Shown one piece after another: positions 26,477-34,900 of a stretch of 39,519 bases of DNA (position 1 is its first letter; each line of letters opens with the position of its first letter). This DNA comes from a bacterium (GTDB lineage Bacteria > Patescibacteriota > Minisyncoccia > UBA6257 > JACOXY01): NCBI GenBank assembly GCA_030680955.1, contig JAUXUB010000042.1:1-39519 (forward strand), in the 5' to 3' direction. Both the position numbers and the translations under genes were made by a program. The notes under the pieces are model-generated. The model had not been told where the DNA came from and ran no database searches. It saw only the letters and a program-made list of their open reading frames with translations.

Positions 26477-26619
26477 TTCCGAAGCAGCTCGATAAGACTT
26501 GGGTTCGTTCCCAGCCTTTATGGCCACGGGGGTTTTGACCCCAATTCACATGTTGTAAGAGGGTGCGCGGCCCGCAGCCATAAAGTATGGCAACGAGATT
26601 TGCTCGAGCTGCTTCGGAA
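26477..26619 (-). ncRNA. candidate structured leader/ncRNA closed by a perfect 16-bp stem, 11 nt upstream of the murB ATG
   Basis: TTCCGAAGCAGCTCGA (26477-92) pairs with TCGAGCTGCTTCGGAA (26604-19). The GC-rich interior holds GGGG..CCCC and GGG..CCC hairpins and mutually exclusive pairings of GCCATAAAG. Strand not proven. Confidence 0.4.
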
Positions 26620-26895
26620 ATCTGTATTTATGATAACACAATTATTATAAGAAATCATCAATCCCGGCATTAAATTCTCCCACATCATTAAGTTACTTAA
26701 GGGTGGGGATTGCTTGGCTCTATCCCGCACCAAATCTCGAATACTACTTTATTAAATATATTATTACCTCACGGAAACCGCCTATCGGCTTTACTTCTCT
26801 TAAATCAATATCTATATATAAGATTGATGCGGGATTCTATTGTTTGCGCTCCACTCGACCCGCGCACTATGTGCTTGTTCTCGTGGGCAAACAAT

Positions 26896-27024
26896 GAAAA
26901 AACACAAAACCCCCGTTTAACGGGGGGCCAAGTGCATGCAAATTGGAGTAATTCCTCTACCCGAAAGCAGAGGCATTCACCTACTTACCTAGACAGTATA
27001 CACTATCAATATCTATTTTGTCAA
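26896..27024 (-). ncRNA. candidate ~90-nt small transcript with its own promoter and terminator
   Basis: The minus strand reads TTGACA (27024-19)-18 nt-TATACT (27000-26995). About 65 nt later comes CCCCCG-ttaaa-CGGGGG followed by TTTTGTGTTTTTT (26927-26896). An internal CCTCTGC..GGTAGAGG hairpin is present. Confidence 0.45.
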
Positions 27025-27057
27025 GAGTTTGGTGTGGAAAACTGTTAATTCAATCTG

Positions 27058-27084
27058 ACAAAAAAGCCCCCTAAAGACGGGGGC
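27058..27084 (-). terminator. rho-independent terminator of the 924-aa gene
   Basis: The minus strand reads GCCCCC-gtcttta-GGGGGC followed by TTTTTTG, 17 nt after the stop codon. Confidence 0.8.
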
Positions 27085-27100
27085 ATATAAATTACATAAA

Positions 27101-29875
27101 TTATGCAGGATTTGGAAGAAATTCTTTCCAATTAAATGGTTTGGGATTTTTAAACCAATCGCGAATAAAATCATAGCGGAGCATTCGGATAAGTACAGGA
27201 CCAGAGTCTGGTCCATCAGATGGAAGGCCAACAAAGCCTACGCCAGTATTATTGGGTGGAAACCCACGATGACCATAAAGATCCGTATGGGTGTGCGCTG
27301 CGCACATGAAGTAAACAGAGTATGGTGTTTCAACTCCAGCGAAAAAGTGTTTATCACCATAAATTCGAAGTGCTACCCGCCCCTTGAGATGCCCGAACGG
27401 GTCACCACGTTGGCGATCGTTATTTACTACTGCACCAAGTGGATCGGCCCAGCTTGAAAGTCGCGCCGGTGAACTCATAAAATTTAGTGCCCATTCATAG
27501 CCACCTGGCGTCTTGACTGTACCTTCGGCAAAATATGCATTGCCCTCGAGAGGAGCTTTTACATGTCGCTTAATAAAGTCAGGACGTTTTTGCCAATAAG
27601 GTAATTGCCCTAACATTGCCCTCAAGTAATAGGCGTAAAAAACACCTTCTGTCAACACTCTTTCAACTGATCTCTCAAAGTGATTTCCTGTGCCAAAGGT
27701 AATGGCGCCAACATCACGGGCATCAAACGGAACGCCAGTTATTTCGCTAAGTCCACGAAAAACAAGTTTGGAGCTCATCGTGTTATTAAGTAAGGCACCG
27801 TAATAATCAATATTGGGATTAATAAGTCGCGCATAGACCTCAAGCATTTGCGGCTGAACCCAGTCAAGACCGCGAACCAAAAATTGACCTAGGTTGAAAG
27901 TCCCGAGACTCATCATAAGTTGCAGGGCTTCGGTAGTATTACCTTTTTTAACAAGACTCGCCATATCTTCTTCGGCTTTAGACCAATAGCGTTCAAGATC
28001 AACATAAGACATTTCCCTTGGATCTGGCTGCTTGTGAGTGTCAAAGTGATTGCCCTGTGTGGGATCATCTGGAACGGCAAAAATATGAACTGGCATATTT
28101 GAGCCCTTAAACAAGTCTTCGCGACGCATCATTTCCATGGATGCTTCAGCCATACCTAAATAGCGTTTATTCTTTGCGTCCCAAACATGCTCACGCGCTC
28201 GACTTCCAAAATGCAAGTCAGTTGCTACATGCGTCCAAATATACTTGGTTTCTGGATACGGATAAAAACCTTTGATTTTCCTATTTCTAGTGTTATCAAG
28301 TTTGGCAATAGGAAACGAGTCCCCAGAAATAATTCCGTTCGCGCATTTTAAAACTAAAACGCCTGGTTTAAATTGTTCATTATTCAAAACCTTAGATATC
28401 GGGTGCACAGACCTAGTAGAATCCTTTAGTTGGTGACGCAAGAAAACTTCGTCAACGCATATTGGAGCAACATGAACCATGCTAGAGTCTCGTTGACCTT
28501 CGGTATAATCGTCACGTCCAACTAGACGATGATTTAAGGCATAAGGATGACAAATCACCACTGTCCTTGGCATTTGATCACGAAAAACCTTAGCCCCATA
28601 TTGATTCGCATAAGAAGCAAGCACATTGTCAGTTACTCTGATATTTCCAGGAATATGAATTTCAATTGGTAAGCTATTGCCAATTTTAATAAAAGCGCTC
28701 CCCTGACTAATTACTTTGCAATTAGGAATCATCTCTTCAAGTTTCTTCACCAAAAGAGCACGGATACGACGACGACGACGTTCTAAATCTTCATCGCTCA
28801 CATTAGTGATAATGGTCATAGCGCGCTGTTGACGAAGTGCCTCTAACTCATTTTCGCACCTACTAACAACTTTATGATCTTCTTCTTTCCCCGCCTTAAT
28901 AAGCTTACGCTTAGTAAAACCAATTCTTGCATCTAATTCTTTTTGCTTCAAAATGGTTATATAACGAACTTCATGATAAGCCGCTGCATTTATAAGCTCT
29001 TCCTCGCAATAGCCCAACACATAGAGAACTTTTCCAGAAAATTCTGGTAAACCATTCGGCCTATGCGTAATTTTAAACCATGCATCAAGAAACGCAAAAA
29101 ATTTTGCTTCCATAGGCATATATATAACTTCATCAAGCGACTTTCCTTTTCGAATACGCCTCGCTTCAGCTTGGTAAGCAGAAGGTAGATGCCCTATCGT
29201 AACATGTAAACCAGATACTTGGGCGCGATAGACCTTAATAGGGCCAGCTGCCTTCTTTAAATCCATTGAGAGTCCGTTTGCAATAACAATCACGACGTCC
29301 CCTCGACGCTCCGCATCTGCCAAAGCACAACGAACTGGATTATCCTTAATGATCCTATTATGTTTAAGACCGATATTTGCGCCATTTGGTATGGCAAGCG
29401 TCCAACTATCTGACGCTGTGACTAGATACGGATGATTGTAACTAGTTTTTGGGAATTCAAAAAGTTCAGCACTAGCAGAAAGTTTTTCGGTAGAAAGCCT
29501 ACCCATACCAGCGATAAACTCTGCCATTGCTTTAGCCTCGCTTACGCCTGTCAAAAACTTTACCTTCTTTTTAAACATCTCTACTGGAACATATGAACAA
29601 TATTTTTCGCGATATCCATCGAGAGGAATCCCATGCTTGATAGCTTTTTTCAAATCTTCAAGTACATCCTTAGTCCAGATTAATTTAGAAATCTCGCGTT
29701 TTAATATTTTTGTAGTAAGCAACAAACCTTTAGGTAAACTGCTTGAAAATTCTCGATTTACAATCTCACAAATTTTTTCTTCGTTGCCTTTCAAAACCAT
29801 GCCATCTCGAATAAGCCTTTGAACTCTATAAGTCAAACCGGATATTTTCCATATATCTTTATTTATTTTCACCAC
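27101..29875 (-). CDS. 924-aa orphan protein; the C-terminal ~385 aa carry metallophosphoesterase-like motifs
   Basis: VATDLHFGS (DxH), VPDDPTQGNHFD, GTGNHFE, GDKHFF, CAAHTHT. I could not assign the N-terminal 540 aa. GTG start with AAGGAGA 8 nt upstream. Confidence 0.6.
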   Translation of the reverse strand: MVKINKDIWKISGLTYRVQRLIRDGMVLKGNEEKICEIVNREFSSSLPKGLLLTTKILKREISKLIWTKDVLEDLKKAIKHGIPLDGYREKYCSYVPVEMFKKKVKFLTGVSEAKAMAEFIAGMGRLSTEKLSASAELFEFPKTSYNHPYLVTASDSWTLAIPNGANIGLKHNRIIKDNPVRCALADAERRGDVVIVIANGLSMDLKKAAGPIKVYRAQVSGLHVTIGHLPSAYQAEARRIRKGKSLDEVIYMPMEAKFFAFLDAWFKITHRPNGLPEFSGKVLYVLGYCEEELINAAAYHEVRYITILKQKELDARIGFTKRKLIKAGKEEDHKVVSRCENELEALRQQRAMTIITNVSDEDLERRRRRIRALLVKKLEEMIPNCKVISQGSAFIKIGNSLPIEIHIPGNIRVTDNVLASYANQYGAKVFRDQMPRTVVICHPYALNHRLVGRDDYTEGQRDSSMVHVAPICVDEVFLRHQLKDSTRSVHPISKVLNNEQFKPGVLVLKCANGIISGDSFPIAKLDNTRNRKIKGFYPYPETKYIWTHVATDLHFGSRAREHVWDAKNKRYLGMAEASMEMMRREDLFKGSNMPVHIFAVPDDPTQGNHFDTHKQPDPREMSYVDLERYWSKAEEDMASLVKKGNTTEALQLMMSLGTFNLGQFLVRGLDWVQPQMLEVYARLINPNIDYYGALLNNTMSSKLVFRGLSEITGVPFDARDVGAITFGTGNHFERSVERVLTEGVFYAYYLRAMLGQLPYWQKRPDFIKRHVKAPLEGNAYFAEGTVKTPGGYEWALNFMSSPARLSSWADPLGAVVNNDRQRGDPFGHLKGRVALRIYGDKHFFAGVETPYSVYFMCAAHTHTDLYGHRGFPPNNTGVGFVGLPSDGPDSGPVLIRMLRYDFIRDWFKNPKPFNWKEFLPNPA

Positions 29876-30076
29876 TGCTTTTCTCCTTTTTCAAATGACA
29901 AAATTCTGCCTACAGTATTACAAAAATAAAAATTTAGTGCAACTCCTTGCGTATTAATAAATCTGTTGTGAAATAATCCCCCACCACTTTTACTAAAAAC
30001 ATTTACCATTACCTTTAAGATGATAAATTAAAAAACAATCTGTATAATAATGTTTCTGTCAAAAGTGGTAGGGGAT

Positions 30077-30099
30077 AAAAAAGGCAGGTGTTACCTGCC
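30077..30099 (-). terminator. rho-independent terminator after the IMPDH-family gene
   Basis: The minus strand reads GGCAGGT-aaca-CCTGCC followed by TTTTTTAT. Confidence 0.75.
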
Positions 30100-30117
30100 A
30101 TGTTCAAATTATGTATA

Positions 30118-31668
30118 TTATTCTTTAAGTCCTTCAGACCTACCAGCTTGAGATTGCAATTCAAAAACCGCTTTTTCTCGAAGTTCATCTAAATTGCTAA
30201 CTCCATAATATGAGAGGGATGATCTAAGTCCACCAAGCAAATCCTGAAATCGTTCTCTTGTATTTCCAACCACATAAACCTGTTCGGTAAAACCCTCTGG
30301 CCTTCTCATTGCGTCTAAATCACCACGAGCTAACCTTTTGTCTTGTTCGGTATAAGATGCCGCACCAGAATATATTTTTACTTTTCTTCCTGATTTATCG
30401 GGTTGAGCTTTGGCCGATGACTCTTCTGTAATTATAAAAGCAGAGCCAGACATAGTAGTATTTGCTCCCGCGACAATTGCATTTGCAAAGTCACCTGGAG
30501 TTTTCATGCCACCATCGGCAATTAAAGTTTTCTCATATTCTCTTGCGATAACTGAACATTTGGCAATAGCAGAAATTTGCGGAATTCCAGTACCCACATG
30601 GCGAGTGAGGCATCTGCTTCCAGACCCTTGGCCAACCTTTACACAATCTACGCCAAGTTCAAAAAGAAATTTAGCTCCCTTTGGAGTTGAGACATTTCCA
30701 GCGATGATAGAGACACCAGGAAAATTTCGTTTTACCATTTCAACCGTAACCCACATATTGATAGAAAAAGCTCTTGCTGTGTCGATGAGAATGAATGTTG
30801 CACCAACTGCAAGCTGTCGTCTAACTTCATCGTAAAGTTTAGGAAGATCAGAGAGGTCATCTTTTTTAGCAACGCCAATGCTACCCGCCACCAAAAATCT
30901 GCCCTTGCCATCTCTCGTGGCCCGAGGATGTCGCATTGTATAGAAAAGACCATGCGCAGTGATAAGACCCGAGAGCTTCCCTTTTGCATCAACAAGTGGA
31001 AGTTTTTCAACACGATTATTCTTAAGAATTATCGCGGCATCATTTAGAGAAATATTACTACGGGCGAAAATAAGTTTTCGTTCTGGCAAAAGATCATAAA
31101 CAAACTTTGCGTCGTTAGTTTCGTACCGCCAATCCCTACCAGACAAAACGCCCATAGGACAACCAGATTCATCTATTACAATTAGCGTGTAAATATTAAA
31201 CCTATTCATTACCTCCTTAGCATCGCGGAGAATACTTAATGGAGAAATTGTAAGCGGTTTCTCGATATTAGCAGAATTACTTCGCTTAATTCTTTCAATC
31301 ATTTCTTCTTTTTCTTCTATGTCGAGCGTCTGAGGAATAAAACCAAAGCCGCCTTCACGCTCCATTGCAACAGCAAGCTCAACTCCAGTTACAGATTCCA
31401 TATTAGCGCTAGTAAACGGTGTCTTTAACACTACACTACTCACAAGTTTTGAATCAAAATCTTGAATATGCGAACGCGACCAAATATTTGAATACTGCTC
31501 TGGTTGAACCACATCAGCAAAAGTAAGATTCATATTCTTGAGCAATCCCTTTTTTTCAAGATATGTATCAATATTTTCATTCTCTTGTAAGGTAAGTTCA
31601 GCAAAAGGAGCATGTGATCGATCTTTCGTTATATCAATTAGGTCTTCAGGTTTGACTTTTTGGTCCAT
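30118..31668 (-). CDS. IMP dehydrogenase/GMP reductase-family protein with a CBS pair (divergent)
   Basis: LTFADV.., SANMESVT, CBS-like region, GQGSGSRCLTRHVGTGIPQ (catalytic Cys loop), IADGGM. DTARAFS replaces the usual DTAHGHS. Confidence 0.8.
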   Translation of the reverse strand: MDQKVKPEDLIDITKDRSHAPFAELTLQENENIDTYLEKKGLLKNMNLTFADVVQPEQYSNIWSRSHIQDFDSKLVSSVVLKTPFTSANMESVTGVELAVAMEREGGFGFIPQTLDIEEKEEMIERIKRSNSANIEKPLTISPLSILRDAKEVMNRFNIYTLIVIDESGCPMGVLSGRDWRYETNDAKFVYDLLPERKLIFARSNISLNDAAIILKNNRVEKLPLVDAKGKLSGLITAHGLFYTMRHPRATRDGKGRFLVAGSIGVAKKDDLSDLPKLYDEVRRQLAVGATFILIDTARAFSINMWVTVEMVKRNFPGVSIIAGNVSTPKGAKFLFELGVDCVKVGQGSGSRCLTRHVGTGIPQISAIAKCSVIAREYEKTLIADGGMKTPGDFANAIVAGANTTMSGSAFIITEESSAKAQPDKSGRKVKIYSGAASYTEQDKRLARGDLDAMRRPEGFTEQVYVVGNTRERFQDLLGGLRSSLSYYGVSNLDELREKAVFELQSQAGRSEGLKE

Positions 31669-31761
31669 TTTTTAGCCCCTTAAACACTTTCAAAAATCTA
31701 AAAAGAGTATATCCTTTTAAAAAATCAAATGCAACGATAAAATAAGTTGGCTTAATCTATA

Positions 31762-31787
31762 CAAAAAAACCGCAAAATACGGTTTTT
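31762..31787 (-). terminator. rho-independent terminator after the reductase gene
   Basis: The minus strand reads AAACCG-tattttg-CGGTTT followed by TTTTTG. Confidence 0.65.
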
Positions 31788-31841
31788 CTGAGTTTATTTT
31801 TTAAACACTATGCGTCCGTTGGGGAGATTCGATTCGATTAT

Positions 31842-31921
31842 ATCCCATTAGAAGCGCGGCAAATAAAGTTGAGCAAATTACTATGCAGTAGACTCATTCG
31901 ATGATTCGCTTCTAACGGGAT
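31842..31921. repeat. inverted pair of ATCCCGTTAGAAGCG motifs (H5) spanning the reductase stop codon
   Basis: ATCCCATTAGAAGCG (31842-56) pairs with CGCTTCTAACGGGAT (31907-21). The single mismatch is a G-U pair only in the minus (sense) transcript. Confidence 0.8.
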
Positions 31922-34900
31922 TAATTTCTGAATTTACTGGCATAGCAACTGCAGGCAACTCCACTTCGCAAACACCAGATACACAAGCAAGTTCTTTTGC
32001 GCCTTGCGTTTGATCATCTTTCTCGTAAGTTACAATGTAAGAGAAATCTACTTGTGGAAGTTTTGCTGTAAGCTCTTTATATCTTTCTTCTGTTATTTCT
32101 TCATATGGCGCGAGTTGGTAAACGTGGTCTTCTCTTGGCAAAAAAGAAAGTCCTCCCAAGATTGGCCAATTTTTATAAAGCCAGTTTGAAGTTTCAATCC
32201 ATTCATCGTTCCCGACAGAAATTGTTACAGATGGATTATGTTCGGTATAATTTTCTTTAACTTTTTTCCAATACTCAAGTTGTTCAATTGCAGAAAGATC
32301 ATCCTTAAAAATTGAGCCTCCTGGAGCTTTAACTGGAAATTCCAAAACATATGTTGAGGCGGATTCGGAACTTTGCCCAACTTCCGGATAATATGGAAAT
32401 TTCTGCTCTTTTAGCATTTGGAATAGCGAATCGGAAGCCGCAATTCTTACTCTTCTAATATAAAACTTAGCGTGCCTTGGGTGCATTCCAGAAGAGGCAT
32501 CCACCAACTGAGAAACTGTTCCAGATGGCTTAACGCAAGTTATAGATGCAGATCGATTTACACCAAAGCGCTTTGCATATTCTTTGTTTACTTCGATGGC
32601 ATACTCTCTCATTTTGGTAAGAGTTTTAGGATTTCTTGCCGCGTGAGAATCCCACTGCCCTGTAATAGAAACTCCGAGAAGTCTCTCTTCATCACAATTT
32701 TGCTTCCATTCCTTTGAGAGGTATGGAAAATTGGTGAGAGTTGACTGGTATGTACCCAAAATCGTAGCTAATTCGATCTTTCTTAGTAATGTTTTTTCAG
32801 TGTCCTCTGCTCTTGCCACTACTTCTGTTAAATTGCAGAAACTTTTAGAACGAAGGATTATTTCGCCACATTGCAAATTATTAAGATAAACTAATTTTCT
32901 TTTACCATTTCTAGTTTCAGAAGCAAACCCACCTACAAAATAATTGTGATACTCATCAACAGTTCCATTATATACATCTTCATAGCCGATAAATTCAATC
33001 GAGGCGACTTTGTGATTATACATTTCTGCAAATTCTCTTAAATTCTCATAAGTTCTAAATGGTGAACTAACCCTTGCGATTTCTGAACTTATATTATTTT
33101 CTCGGCAAGCACTCAACCATTCAATTTTTAATGGTTCTCTGCCAATCTTAAATTTAAGATCGGTAAAGATTTTGGCTTGTTCCATTCGTCGCAATTCTTT
33201 GCGTTTATGGTGTACTTCATTAAGACGATCAACAAAATCACTTTTTAATTCAGGGTTACTCCATGCGCGTTTTAGTCCGCAAGAAATACCACAGACGCCG
33301 TATTCGCGACGGCCTATACCCGCTTCAAATCGTTTTCCGCAAACCTCACAATTTTTTTTAATGACCACCTGTCCATCTCTTATTTCGCAGTTATAGCCAT
33401 CTTTGGTATATTTTTTGTATGAAGCCACAACCCGCGGATCAGCATCAGCATAGTCAAAGCCAAGTTCTATTGCTGCCCATTTTGCAAGTCCCAGAACGCC
33501 ATCCAAATGATCTCTTCTCCATTTGCTAAAAAATTGCGGCAACCCATTCTCTTTTGCATAGTATATCCAATCCTTATTAGTAAATCTTTTTTCTAGTTTT
33601 TTAGATAAAGCAAGCGCATGTTCTCGTAGTTCTTCATCAGTAATACCAGAAAAGTTTTTATTTCTTGTGCCAGTATTATTTTTAGAATGTTTGGCTCGAT
33701 ATTCTATCCATTTTTGTTCGTTCCATTCAAATAAAGCACGCTTCATTGGATTTGCATCTCCAATCATTAAACTACTATGAAGAGAGTCGTGAGCTTGCTT
33801 ACTTAAAAGCTCAAGATTTTCAGGAGTATTATTTTGAGCATTTCTATCTCGGTGATGTACTACAAAATCTTTTGGTATTTGCGTATTATAATAAAATTCC
33901 GCAATAACACGATGTTCCGCAGCATTATTAGTTTTTCCTGAATTTAACCACCAGTAATCTTGTGACCTAGAATTTGCCTTTGGAAAAATATCTTTAATAG
34001 AAGCTTCGAACTTAGTGATTATCTGTAAACTATCGCCAGGATGTAAATCTTTTACTTGTCTATATTCGCCAGTTTTCAATCTAAATTTATGATTAGCTGT
34101 TGCCTTAACACTCGAACCATCATCAAGCATCATTCTGTATATAGGCTCTCTAAAACCTGTTACACGCGGATTGCGCATATATCTGACAACTGTTTTGTTT
34201 TTATTATCCAAACAAAAAACCGGCACATCTTTCCCTTCTTCAGTAAGCTGCTTTATAGATACGTGACCACGACCATCAGCAACATAAACAAGCGTATCAC
34301 CTGAAACACAAGGATTTGTGCCAGAAGTTGCCAAATGCTTTTTAAACTTCTTAAAACGCCTCTCCGGCATTTGTTTCTCTAGTCCGCCACGGTTAAATAT
34401 TCCCCTCTCTCCAGAACCGCTTTGCGCCAGCGCCAACCATTCCCCCAAAAACTCGGTAGTCGTTGGCTTGGAATTATATGTTGCGGAATTATTAGCCATA
34501 GAACGTTGTGGCTCGGTGAGATAAAATTTGCCAGCCTTGGAATCTCTCATTTTGTCGTCATCTAGGTCTGAGAGTGAAATAAGCGCCGTACGTCTCACTC
34601 CACCCATGACAACCACTTCTCCGATTTTACAAATTACATCATGAACATCAACGGTTGAAAGTCTCTTCCCTTGTCTAGATAATATTTTAGTTCTAGCAAA
34701 ATCTAAAAGTGCACGCAGTGGCTCTGGCCCAGAGCTTCTACCACCCATCGTCATAAGACGAGCTCCAGCGGGACGAAGTGCAGAATAATCAAATTTTACG
34801 TCGTGACCCGAATACCATGTCTTTAATCCATGAGTTAATGCGTCTCCCCAACCTTCTTTGCTATCTTCAATAACGTGGGTTATGAGCATCTTGCCAGTTT

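Noticed and set aside
26466-26549. N-terminal extension of murB to 26549 (MNWGQNPRGHKGWERTQV...)
   Set aside because: The extension reads through the 16-bp stem element. MurB homology begins at MLKRDISLAKFSNYRIGG, from the ATG at 26465.
26466-27057. tmRNA, RNase P RNA, SRP/4.5S or 6S RNA in the GC-rich spacer; also ORFs 26518..26733, 26703..26897 and 26710..27048
   Set aside because: The expected signatures are absent: no GGGG..UUCGAC 5' end or T-arm/CCA end, no GAGGAAAGUCC/ACAGAA P4, and no GGAA-AGCAGCC SRP domain IV asymmetry. A GCAAACAATGAAAAAAC stretch recalls a tmRNA tag start, but the frame runs 48 codons with no Ala-Ala end. The ORFs have implausible composition and cross promoter and terminator hairpins.
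27101-28500. The idea that the N-terminal half of the 924-aa protein is a second, degenerate metallophosphoesterase domain (internal duplication)
   Set aside because: Only vague pattern similarity (LVTASDSW, VVICHPYALNH) and no ordered motif set. It cannot be supported without profile or structure comparison.
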